Below are positions 54,101 through 64,000 of a DNA stretch of 64,000 bases, piece by piece. The notes beneath the pieces are model-generated. The model saw only the letters and a list, made by a program, of their open reading frames with translations, made no database searches and was not told where the DNA came from. This DNA comes from Narcine bancroftii (lineage: Eukaryota), in contig NC_091480.1 of NCBI RefSeq assembly GCF_036971445.1, positions 5,642,001-5,706,000 of the forward strand, written 5' to 3'. A program made the translations under genes and the position numbers. Within the stretch, counting starts at the first letter, position 1, and every line of letters begins with the position of its first letter.

Positions 54101-54497
54101 CTTCTCTGGGTTCAGGATCTTCCCTTCCCTCACCCAAAGGTCCTCCCTTAAAACAGACAAGAGGAGCAGAGGTGATCGGGTGACCCCCTCTGCTAGGTTC
54201 CTGTCCCTCAATGGGCAACACCCCCCTCTCCCAAAGTAACAAGGCACAATAAAGATGGGAACAGACTCACTGGGTTTCCCTTTGTAAATAATTGTTTGTT
54301 AATAAAGTCTATTTTTGATTTTAAAAAAACCCTTTCCCAATCACCTTCTGATTCTGGATTTCCGTATAAAGTCCTGACCACGATGAAAGGGACAGGGGTG
54401 GGGGGCACACTCACCTCTGTAGCCTGTGATCCTTCAGAATACAGCAGTTCTTGAACTTGGTAATAGGGGCATCCGAGACTGACTTATTGGATGGCAT
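45018..54497 (-). CDS. AMDHD2: AMDHD2, N-acetylglucosamine-6-phosphate deacetylase (NagA family); whole spliced CDS, 11 coding exons, 1266 nt, 421 aa
   Basis: Exons of 83, 137, 140, 55, 213, 89, 145, 108, 69, 102 and 125 nt all have GT-AG boundaries and join in frame. NagA motifs present: [67 protein letters not shown]. Confidence 0.97.
45829..45930 (-). CDS. AMDHD2: AMDHD2 coding exon 10 ([33 protein letters not shown])
   Basis: 102 nt, canonical splice sites. Confidence 0.96.
47511..47579 (-). CDS. AMDHD2: AMDHD2 coding exon 9 ([23 protein letters not shown])
   Basis: 69 nt, cacag| acceptor, |gtgagg donor. Confidence 0.95.
48035..48142 (-). CDS. AMDHD2: AMDHD2 coding exon 8 ([13 protein letters not shown]...AYVAG)
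   Basis: 108 nt; catalytic Asp motif LVSDA. Confidence 0.96.
48449..48593 (-). CDS. AMDHD2: AMDHD2 coding exon 7 ([12 protein letters not shown]...[22 protein letters not shown])
   Basis: 145 nt, canonical splice sites. Confidence 0.97.
49078..49166 (-). CDS. AMDHD2: AMDHD2 coding exon 6 ([29 protein letters not shown])
   Basis: 89 nt; metal-ligand His motifs. Confidence 0.97.
49290..51270. mobile_element. Cluster of nested CR1 fragments (plus 49290-50700, minus 50720-51270) in AMDHD2 intron 5
   Basis: [31 protein letters not shown] and CR1 3' UTR segments. Confidence 0.8.
51389..51601 (-). CDS. AMDHD2: AMDHD2 coding exon 5 ([16 protein letters not shown]...IRVSLG)
   Basis: 213 nt; carries the metal-binding Glu motif HLEGP. 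Confidence 0.97.
52868..52922 (-). CDS. AMDHD2: AMDHD2 coding exon 4 ([19 protein letters not shown])
   Basis: 55 nt, ctttacag| acceptor, |gtgagt donor. Confidence 0.93.
53551..53690 (-). CDS. AMDHD2: AMDHD2 coding exon 3 (GYGFDFSS...[19 protein letters not shown])
   Basis: 140 nt, canonical splice sites, conserved motif. Confidence 0.96.
54010..54146 (-). CDS. AMDHD2: AMDHD2 coding exon 2 ([22 protein letters not shown]...[10 protein letters not shown])
   Basis: 137 nt, ttttaag| acceptor, |gtgagt donor. Confidence 0.96.
54415..54497 (-). CDS. AMDHD2: AMDHD2 coding exon 1 ([27 protein letters not shown]); exon begins at 54520
   Basis: Acceptor ttcttgtag, ATG at 54497, donor AG|gtgagt; matches the fish-type AMDHD2 N-terminus. 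Confidence 0.93.
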
Positions 54498-55039
54498 TAT
54501 CACGAGGAGACACCAAGGCCCTACAAGAAATGATTCCACAGTCAGGAGCCCACTGCCACATTACGGGATGTGTAGACAGCAAGGTTTGCTGTATCTGCAC
54601 ACAAATAGATTGCTCCAATGTACAAGACAACCCCAAATTTGAATTCTGTCCCCAGTCCACTTTACTGAACCTCTGACTCACACACCCATCCTGATTTGGA
54701 CATAGGTCTCCATTCCCTCATCATCCCTCAGCCTAAATCCTCCCCAACTGCACTTTGTAAACCTCTGCAACATTAGCATGCTCCTCAAGTTCAATAAGGG
54801 TTGGACAATAAATGCTGTCCTTGCCACTGACACCTTCCTCCCATGAATGGAAGAGTTGTTATTAGCGCTGAAATGACTCATTGCCCAGGACACCAACACG
54901 AAGTTCTCATCTATCAGGGCCTGCCCAGAACATAAAAAGAGAGCTGGATTTAATAACGAGAACAGACTCAAAATGTATCAAGAGCAAAGATAGGAATCTG
55001 CAAAGGGAGGAACATACTGGCTACTACTCTGTCGATTGA

Positions 55040-55825
55040 TCTGACTAAGAGGACACTGCTCTTTAAGTGATGGAATCATCTACAAGTTTGCTGATGACAC
55101 CACGGTCGTCCGCAAAATCACAGACGGCAATGAGGAAGTGACCCAATAACCACCTTGCATGCAACATTAGCAAAACCAAGGAACTGATTTTGGACCAGCA
55201 GGGGCAAATCAGGAGAACCAGTCCTTATCAAGGGGTCAGCAGTGGAGAAGGTAAAGAACTTCAAACTCCTGGGTGTCAACATTTCTGAAGATCTATCCTG
55301 GAGGCTCCATGTCAATGCAATCATGTAGAAGGCTTGCCAGTGGCTATATCTCATGATGAATTTAAGGAGATTTGGTTCGTCACCAAAGAAACTTGCAACT
55401 TTCTACCGTGTGTACTGTGGAGAGCATTCTTACTGGTTGCATCACTGTCTGGTATGGAGGTATCAATGCGCAGGACAGGAAAAGAGTTGTGAACTCGGCC
55501 AATGACATCACAGGCATCTTCACTCCATCGAGGACATCTACAAAAGCTGGTACCTCAAGAAAGCAGCCACTATCCTCAAGGACCCCACCACTCAAGTCCT
55601 CACTCTGCTGCCAACGGGAAGGGGATGCAGGAGCTTGAAGACGAACACCCAACGTTACAAAAACAGCTTCTTCCCCTCTGCCATCAGATTTCTGAATGGA
55701 CCATGAACCACAGGCATGACCTCACTTTCTCTTCTTTTGCACCAATTTATTTTTTAAAACGTAATTTATAGCAATTATGCTGCAAAACAACGAATTTTGT
55801 GTCACATGACAGCAAATTCTGATTC
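55040..55825 (+). mobile_element. Rex1/Babar LINE fragment in AMDHD2 intron 1
   Basis: YKFADDTTVV, GVNISEDLSW, CTVESILTGCITVWYG. Confidence 0.85.
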
Positions 55826-58079
55826 CAAAATCTACCCAGCGGAAGACTGTTAATACTTCAAGTCTTATGGTACTGAATTGTCGGTCTTTGTCCAGAGTGG
55901 GACTCAAACACAGCCTCTGGAATTAAAACCATAAGGCACCCCAAAGGATGCATTAGTTGTGGTTGACGTCAACCTGAGCCGCAAGGCCTCATGGTGTTCG
56001 GATCTCCCGAGGTCGGGAGGTGGGGGCTCTGACGCCTCAAGAAACTTTGACTTGGTTGGTAGTTTCCCCTTTGAAGCTGGCAGACGATAACATCCAAGTC
56101 CTGCTGATGCCGGTAAACCAGCCCTAGATGGCTGAGGTGGGACTTGGATGTAACATCCAAATGGAATTGCTTATTTGTGTTCACTGCTTGTTCTTTGAAG
56201 TCTGGTGTTTGTAGCACTGTTGTTCATTTGAAATTGGGAAGTTGTTTGCTGCTGCAACTGGGATTAAATAATTAATGTTCTAAGTGGGATAGTTTCTGTA
56301 AAAAGATGGCAGCGCTGGTATATTTTTCACACGTCATTGTTTAGATAATAACTAGTTTATTCCTAATCATATGTTCAGCACTTTCGATCAGCATGTGTGG
56401 TGTTAAATGCACTATATAAATTAAACTACTACTACTACATAAGAACAGAATAAAGCCATTTGGCCCATCAAGTCTGTGCTGCCATTCAAATCATGGCAGA
56501 TGTATTTTTCCTCTACCCCATTCTCCTCCTTTTTCCCCACATAATCTCTGACACCTTTACTAATCCAGATCCTATCAATCTTTGCTTTAAATCCCCCCAA
56601 TGGCTTGGCCTCCACAACCGTCTGTGGCAACAAATTGAATAGATTCACCTCTCTCTAGCTGAAGAAACTTCTCCTCATCTCTGTTCTAAAGGGACGTTGT
56701 TTTATTCTGAGGCTGTGCCCTCTGGTCCTAGACTCCTCCACCACTGGAACTATCTCCATGCCCCCTCTGTCCGCCCCTTTGACTAAAGATCTGGAAACCG
56801 TTTTAACCCAGGGGTGGTGACTCATCAGTGGTGACCAGCCCTTTGCAAGGCCCACGTAAGTGTGTGGCCATGACAAGAGTCTGGAATTTCCTGGCTGAAA
56901 CCCTCCACACATTGAACTGGTTCTTGGATGTTCTAGGATTGTGACCAGTGAGGTTGCAGACCCAATGCTGGACAAGAGGTCAGGCTGGGTCACACTTCAG
57001 TTGATACAAGCTCAATGATCTGAGCAGCCTCATGTGATTCCACAGACCCCGAGGTGCAGGTGGTCACAAGCCCACAGAGGAGATAATTGTGGACCTGTTG
57101 GTTCCCAACCACAATGGCACATGAACAAGAGTTTTTGTCAGCTACTCTCACATTCATACTTCTCATATCACAAAGCTGTTCAGCCCAATGGCTCTGCTGT
57201 CTCAAAGCAGCCTCACCAACCCCATTCCCCCAAATCTCACATGCCTTCAATTCCACCCTGAATTCTCCTGCCACCCACCTTCACGAGAAGGAACGACGGG
57301 GTCTTGAACCAAAACGTGAACAATTTCCTCCCCAACACCCACAGATTCACTTAGTTTCCTTTTTGCCCAGATTTCAGATCTCATCTACGCTCAGAGTAGC
57401 TTACAGCAACTAACCAGCAGAGCTATGGAAGGTCGGAGGCAACGAAAACACGGGCAGTGGGGAAGGGGAGGGGAGACCTCATACAGAACACCACTCCGGA
57501 CTGAGGTAGCAGCAGTACTACTGTGCAGTTATCTCGCAATTCATCTTTTGGAGAATAGTACAGTTAAATTTAAAGCAGAAGAAACTCTGCAGGTCATGTA
57601 GCATCCACAGGGAGTAAAGGCAGGTAACATTTCGAACCTGAGCTTTTCAGCAGGAATGTTGAAAATTAGTCAGATGCCTGAATAAAAAGTGTGTGGGGGG
57701 GGGGGGGAGCAGAGGTAGGGAAAGTTGCATAGTAACATGTGGGAAGAGACAGAGGCTGAGAAGTGATGGGAGAGAGGGCAGGAGGCTAAGAAGGGTGAGT
57801 AGCTCTCTGCCGGGAAAAAGAAGGGAAGGAAGGGATAGTTCTTTCTATTATTGGCAGGGACGAACTGGACTCCATCAGTGCCCTTCGAGTCTTGGCAGTT
57901 CATTTCATTCTCCTTTTGACCGCCTTTAAAGAGAATGTCCTTTATACGTTGTGAGCAGTTAGTGATGTCTCAGTCGCTGAACGTGGTCATTGGGACAATG
58001 CCGCCGTTTTAAAGGCTGATCGTACACACTCCTCGGACACCACACGTTAAACCAACCTCGCTGGAGGCCAAACATCCCC

Positions 58080-58430
58080 TTACCTCTCAACCTCACCTTC
58101 ACCCTCATTCCTACCCCCACCCTCACTCCTACCCCAACCTCACCTCCACCCTCACTCCTACCCCAACCTCACCTCCACCCTCATTCCTACCCCAACCTCA
58201 CCTTCACCCTCATTCCTACCCCAACCTCACCTCCACCCTCATCCTTATCCCCGCCCTCATTCCTACCCCCACTCTCAACACCCAACTTCACCCCTACCCC
58301 CACCCTCAACCCTACCCCCAACCTCGACCCCACTCTCAACACCCAACTTCACCCCTACCCCCACCCTCAACCCTACCCCCAACCTCGACCCCACTCTCAT
58401 TTCTACCCCCACCCTCACTCCTACCCTAAC
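58080..58430. repeat. C-rich minisatellite (CCTCACCTCCACCCTCATTCCTACCCCAA-like)
   Basis: Read directly from the sequence. Confidence 0.9.
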
Positions 58431-58551
58431 CTTTCCTCCTCTTCACACCTTTCCCGTTTCTGACTCCCCAGATCACTGTTTCCCGCAGGAGGCTATTCAG
58501 CCCATCGTTGCCGTGCTGAACCCCCTCACTTCAAACCTCTGCTCTCATTAC

Positions 58552-58600
58552 CTGGACGACTCCCTCTTGCCGGCGCTCCGCTCACCTCACGTGATCTCGT
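58552..58600 (-). other. AMDHD2: Probable non-coding exon 1 of AMDHD2 (TSS approximate)
   Basis: CAG|gtaatg donor in a CpG-rich promoter; the first coding exon has its own acceptor, so an upstream exon is required. Confidence 0.6.
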
Positions 58601-58715
58601 CCGGTCAGCTGACAGTACAGTCACGTGACCCCGCCATGCTTATTCGGGGCAGCGGCGGGAAAGGAGATTGACTTCCGGCGAGTCGAACCCGACAGAGCAG
58701 CTTGTGGAGCCGGGT
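58560..58715. promoter_or_regulatory. Bidirectional AMDHD2/SLX4 CpG promoter
   Basis: TCACGTGA 58587-58594, GTCAGCTGAC 58604-58613, GTCACGTGAC (CLEAR/USF) 58620-58629, YY1-like CCGCCAT 58631, ETS ACTTCCGG 58671-58678; divergent splice donors at 58551 (minus) and 58714 (plus). Confidence 0.8.
58675..58713 (+). other. SLX4: Probable non-coding exon 1 of SLX4 (TSS approximate)
   Basis: CGG|gtgagt donor directly after the ETS motif. Confidence 0.65.
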
Positions 58716-58764
58716 GAGTATCTGGAGCCGGGGCCTCGGGCCTGGACTGTCAACCGGCCGGGGA

Positions 58765-59400
58765 TGGAGGATAGGGGGGGTGGGTGTGGAGGAGGATGGG
58801 GGGGGTGGGTGTGGAGGAGGATGGGGGGGGTGGGTGTGGAGGAGCATAGGGGGGGTGGGTGTGGAGGAGGATAGGGGGGGTGGGTGTGGAGGAGGATAGG
58901 GGGGGTGGGTGTGGAGGAGGATGGGGGGGGTGGGTGTGGAGGAGGATAGGGGGGGTGGGTGTGGAGGAGGATAGGGGGGGGTGGGTGTGGAGGAGGATAG
59001 GGGGGGTGGGTGTGGAGGAGGATAGGGGGAGTGGGTGTGGAGGAGGATAGGGGGGGTGGGTGTGGAGGAGCCTACGGGTCAGGCCGCAGCCTGAAGGGAA
59101 GCGTTGGTCCCTTGGGTGCAGGGGGATTTGTCCACTGGCTGGAGCGCCAGGCACCGGGGCTCTGTGGGCGGGGGCGCCAGGCGCCGGGGCTCTGGGGGCG
59201 GGGGCGGGGGCGCCGGGGCTCTGGGGGCGGGGGCGCCAGGCTCTGGGGGCGGGTGCGCCAGGCGCCGGGGCTCTGGGGGCGCCAGGGCTCTGGGGGCGGG
59301 TGCGCCAGGCGCCGGGGCTCTGGGGGCGCCAGGGCTCTGGGGGCGGGGGCGCCAGGCGCCGGGGCTCTGGGGGCAGGGGGCGTGCCAGGTGCTGGGACCC
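58765..59400. repeat. Two G-rich minisatellites in SLX4 intron 1 (GGGGGGGTGGGTGTGGAGGAGGATA; GGCGCCAGGCGCCGGGGCTCTGGG)
   Basis: Read directly from the sequence. Confidence 0.92.
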
Positions 59401-59899
59401 CTGGATGCAGATCCCTTGGGTGCGGGGGGCACGCCAGGTGCCAGGGCCTCTTGCTGGTCTGCTGTGTGGTCCCCATCCTGCAGGTCATCTCCTAGACGAT
59501 GACCTCCTTACCCTTCTACTCAATGGCTTGTTCCTCGACACAGGAGAGCAAAGCATAGACCGTGGGTCATTATTGCTGTTTGACAATATCATTTTCCTTC
59601 TTGCTCTCCATGCATCCTGCTACCTTGGAATGTGCGTGTCCAATGGTAGAGAATTCTGCAGCTTCGAAGTGAAGACATTTCATCTCATTTCCGCCCAAGG
59701 ATCTCAGTGAATGATTTTCTCGATACTCCAATCAGAGAAACTCTCCAAATCTGTACAGACTGAAATTCAAGAGTTGAGGCTATTTTACAACTGGGACTGG
59801 GGTCAAGTCTGAAGATTGAAGGGAGCAAATTTAAGGCAGAGATGTGCTTCTCCCAGAGAGAGGTGATTCTGGAGTTCTCTGTCCTCATCCTATATATGT

Positions 59900-60390
59900 A
59901 ATAGAACCGAGAACATCACATTACAGGCCCTTTGGCCCTCTATGCTGTGCTGACCTATATATTCCTACCAAAATTTTTTTTAAAAACCTCTCCTACCTTG
60001 TAACTCTCCAATTACCCATGTGTCTGTCTAAGAGTCTCCTAAATGCCCCTAATGTTTCAGCCTCCACCATCACCACTGGCAAGGTATTCCAGGCACCCAT
60101 AACTCTCTGTTATTTTTAAAAAACTTACCCCTGATCTCTCTCCCTAAACTTCCTTCACTTTGTACAGATGTCCTCTGGTGTTTGATATTCTTGCCCTGTG
60201 TAACAGGAGCTAGCTTTCCACCTTTTCTATGCCTCTCAGAATCTTGTAGACCTCTATTAAATCTCCTCTCATTCTTCTTCACTTGAAAGAGAAGAGCCTT
60301 AGCTCTGCCTACCTCACCTCATAAGACTTATTTTCCATTCCTGGCAAATCTCTGCACCCTCTGTAGCTTCCACATCCCTCCTCTAATCAG
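59900..60390 (-). mobile_element. CR1 3' fragment in SLX4 intron 1
   Basis: CR1 3' UTR stem and ORF2 remnants. Confidence 0.7.
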
Positions 60391-60490
60391 ATTAAAGCTT
60401 TGTCCTCTTATACCCAGGTGATGCTCGACTGAGAATGGTTTCCAGGTGAGCGGCACCACTCGCCTTTGATGTCTGAGATGCACTGAAGTG

Positions 60491-60842
60491 ATGGATGAGT
60501 CAGACGATGATTTTGTCGAGCTGGGGAAGAAAGGACCCAGGTACGCAGCTGAACCTGGAGCCAGGCGCTGCGTATTGAACACCAGGGACCAGCCAACTTC
60601 CTGCACAGCGAGGACAAAGTCAAAACAAAACCAAGCATCAGCCAGCGAGCCAGAGTGGGCTGACGGGAGTCAAAGCCTCTGCCATGGGATCCCCAGTAAC
60701 AATCAGAAAGGGGGTCCTCAGAACCCACTGCCACCTCCCCACAACAGCCAGGTGCAGGAGTCCAGGGAGAATGCACCCATCTCTGCAGACCCCGATGCCT
60801 CCCATTGCCCTGGGACTGTCAGAGCAGGAGGTGGTTTGTCAG
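60491..60842 (+). CDS. SLX4: SLX4 structure-specific endonuclease scaffold, first coding exon (exon starts at 60418)
   Basis: MDESDDDFVEL matches the vertebrate SLX4 N-terminal MDESDEDFKEL motif; tacccag| acceptor, CAG|gtaagt phase-1 donor. Confidence 0.85.
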
Positions 60843-60929
60843 GTAAGTTGGGTTCTGCAACTGTTGCGAATGAAATTTCAGCTGTTACCAAGCTAAACAA
60901 AATTAAATAACCAAGGGTAGCGGTCAGAC

Positions 60930-61490
60930 ATGACACACCAATTGTATCAGACGTCGGTGAGGCCAAATTTGGAGCATTGTGTGCAGTTTTGGCCACCTAA
61001 CTACAGGAAAGATATCAATAAAATTGAAGAGTGCAGAGAAGATTTACTGAGATGTTCTCGGGACTCCAGGAACTGAGTTACTGGGAAAGGTTAAACAGGT
61101 TAGGACTTTATTCCATGGAGTAGTGAAGAGTGAGGGGAAATTTGATGGAGGTTTTTAAAATTATGAGGGGAATAGACAGAGTAAATGTAGGTAGATTTTT
61201 TCCACTGAGGGTAGATGAGATACAAACCAGAGGACACGGGTTAAGGGTGAAAGGGGAGAAGTTTAGGGGAACTTATTCAGAGAGTGGTAAGAGTGTGGAA
61301 CGAGCTGCCAGCTGAAGTAGTGAATGCAGGCTCAATTTTAACATTTAATAAGAATTTGAAGAAGTACATGGATTGTAGGGGTCTGGAGGGCTATGGACTG
61401 GCTGCATGTCAGTGGGACGAAGCAGAATAATAATTTGGTACAGACTAAAGGGCCGCAGGGCCTGTTTCTGTTCTGTAATGTTCTATGAGC
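60930..61490 (+). mobile_element. CR1 3' fragment in SLX4 intron 2
   Basis: VRPNLEHCVQFWPPNYRKD and RGNLMEVFKIMRGID; same family as 6590-7240. Confidence 0.88.
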
Positions 61491-61880
61491 AAAGGTGTTT
61501 AGTTGAGTGAAGCTGTGTCAGCTTCTCTGGAGTTTAATCTGAAGTTGACAGTGTGGGAGAGATTTGTTCCCAACAACTCCTTGGTTCAGGGGTATCACTG
61601 ACCTGCTTCGTCTGTAGGATGAGGATATCTGTGACAGGTCAGATCACTGCCCCATTACCCCAAACCTGTGGCTGTGGAGACGGAGCAGTTGGAGGGGGTG
61701 GGGTCACACACGCCAGGGTTTTTTCATCTGGGAAAAGCAGAAATGGCAAATGGGTCACAGGGCAGTGTCTATGGAGGGTGGGAAAATGGTAGGATGGGCA
61801 GCGTTCGTTGGGGAGGGTGTCGAGGAGTGTCCATGGGGGGGTGGGGGAAATGTGTCTTGTGATGGCATTTCCACAAATAA

Positions 61881-62975
61881 CACTGAGGGAGCTCCGCACC
61901 ACTGGGGGGGGGGGCGGCCACTGAGGGAGCTCCGCGCCGCGGGGGGGCACTGAGGGAGCTCCGCACCGCGAGGGGGCGGCACTGAGGGAGCTCCGCACCG
62001 CGGGGGGGGCGGCACTGAGGGAGCTCCGCACCGCGGGGGGGGGGCGGCACTGAGGGAGCTCCACACCGCGGGGGGGCGGCACTGAGGGAGCTCCACACCG
62101 CGGGGGGGCGGCACTGAGGGAGCTCCGCGCCGCGGGGGGGGTGGCGGCACTGAGGGAGCTCCGCGCCGCGGGGGGGGTGGCGGCACTGAGGGAGCTCTGC
62201 GGCGCGGGGGGGGGGGTGGCGGATACTGAGGGAGCTACGCGCCGCGGGGGGGGCGCTGAGGGAGCTCCGCACCGCGGGGGGGGCGCTGAGGGAGCTCCGC
62301 ACCGCGGGGGGCGGCACTGAGGGAGCTCCGCACCGCGGGGGGGGTGGCGGCACTGAGGGAGCTCCGCACCGCGGGGGGGGGGTGGCGGCACTGAGGGAGC
62401 TCCGCACCGCGGGGTGGGTGGCGGCACTGAGGGAGCTCCGCACCGCGGGGGGGGTGGCGGCTACTGAGGGAGCTCCGCACCACTGGGGGGGGGCGGCCAC
62501 TGAGGGAGCTCCGCGCCGCGGGGGGGGCACTGAGGGAGCTCCGCGCCGCGGGGGGTGCGGCACTGAGGGAGCTCCGCGCCGCGAGGGGACGGCACTGAGG
62601 GAGCTGGAGCTCCGCACCGCGGGGGGGGGGGTGGCGGCACTGAGGGAGCACCGCACCGCGGGGGGGGGGGGGGTGGCGGCACTGAGGGAGCTCCGCACCG
62701 CGGGGTGGGGGTGGCGGCACTGAGGGAGCTCCGCACCGCGGGGGGGGGGGTGGCGGCACTGAGGGAGCACCGCACCGCGGGGGGGGGGGGGTGGCGGCAC
62801 TGAGGGAGCTCCGCACCGCGGGGTGGGGGTGGCGGCACTGAGGGAGCTCCGCACCGCGGGGGTGGGGGTGGCGGCACTGAGGGAGCTCCGCACCGCGGGG
62901 GGAGGGGGGGTAGCGGCACTGAGGGAGCTCCGCACCGCGGGGGGGGGTGGCGGCACTGAGGGAGCTCCGCACTGC
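61881..62975. repeat. Minisatellite of about 31 units, core CACTGAGGGAGCTCCGCACCGC plus a variable G-run
   Basis: Read directly from the sequence. Confidence 0.95.
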
Positions 62976-63840
62976 GGGAGAAACTGGAAGAGAAAGCATC
63001 GCAGTGTTAAATGGAGTGAACCTGCCCTCTGCTGACGTACCCAGGAATTGGACTGATTCGTGTCAGTGTGGAGTTGTGCTGATCTTTCCCTTTGTCCAAC
63101 TCCTACTTCAACCTTGAAGGAGGCCCTTCGCACACCTTCCCTTTCTCCTCTTGCTATCCCTGCCCTCCGTCCTCTCACAGATGCATGATGAGTCTCCCAG
63201 CATTTAACCTGGTTTAATGATCATAAGCACAAATAGGCCATTCAGCCCATCAAGTATATGCTGCCATTTATCATTAACTGATCCATTTTCCCACTCAGCC
63301 CCACTGCCTGGCTATCTCCCCATAACCTTTGATGCCCTGGCTAATCAAGAACCTATCAATCTCTGCCTTAAACACACCCAAAGACTTGGCCTGGCAGTTA
63401 ACCCATTAATCAGCTGTTTTTTGGGATGTGGGTCTGGGAGAACTAGTGCAGTGGGGGTGGAGTGTGAGTGTGGTGGAGGGAAGAATGTGTGCTGGGGGGT
63501 GGGGGAGTACTGGTGGGATGAGAGGAGAACTGGTTCACTGGGGTGGAGTGAGGGGAAGAAAATGCAGTGGTTGGGGAGAACTGGTTCACTATGGAGATGG
63601 GGGTGGATGAGGATGGGAGAACCTACATTGACAGAACATGTCTACACCTCTAACATTGCCAGAAGGAAGGGTGGAACCCTGGTCACTGGAGTGGAGAGGC
63701 AGCAGCACTGCATGCTGTGGAATATTCCAGACTGGGTGATCTGGTAAGGGGATGGAGTTTGCTGGGAGTGATCCTGCGTGCATGTGGCATTGTGTCACAC
63801 CTGCTAACCACCCCCCCTCCCCCCCCCACCTCTTTTCCAG

Positions 63841-64000
63841 GCATTTTCTGGGCCAGGCATCCTGGCTGCTCCCAGAAGCAGGGTCCTAGCCTGAAGGAGC
63901 GAGTGCTGGGAAACATGCAGCAGTTCCGAAGGAAGGAGCCAGAGCGACTGACACATGGCAATGAAGGGGAGACACGGCTGGCCCCAGCCGATCCAGGGAA
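63841..64000 (+). CDS. SLX4: SLX4 next coding exon, truncated by the window end
   Basis: cttttccag| acceptor, in phase with the previous exon; LKERVLGNMQQFRRKEPERLTH resembles human SLX4 LVLQRMQQFKRADPERLRH. Confidence 0.88.

Noticed and set aside
61881-62975. CRISPR-like array of constant repeats with variable spacers
   Set aside because: The spacers are only G-runs of varying length, the context is a eukaryotic intron, and there are no cas genes.

Overview
This is vertebrate nuclear DNA, most likely from a cartilaginous fish: the CR1/HER1-type LINEs, HE1/V-SINE-like SINEs, Penelope remnants and Rex/Babar LINEs are typical of sharks and rays. It contains three genes. (1) AMDHD2 (N-acetylglucosamine-6-phosphate deacetylase) is complete on the minus strand, with 11 coding exons at 54497-45018 (421 aa) and a non-coding exon 1 near 58.55 kb. 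(2) The 5' part of SLX4 lies on the plus strand, head-to-head with AMDHD2 across a roughly 160-bp CLEAR/E-box/ETS promoter. (3) The 5' end of an unidentified minus-strand gene runs off the left edge. It appears to have three alternative first exons (40.1, 14.0 and 10.5 kb) whose reading frames all end in phase 0, and one encodes a putative N-myristoylation signal. The rest is transposon-rich intron, including a 3.5-kb L1 with an 18-bp TSD, several G-rich minisatellites and an assembly gap. There is no CRISPR array, rRNA or tRNA gene. The most unusual feature is a ~250-bp inverted copy of the probable AMDHD2 poly(A) cassette inside intron 9. All calls come from reading and translating the sequence by eye; no database searches were run.
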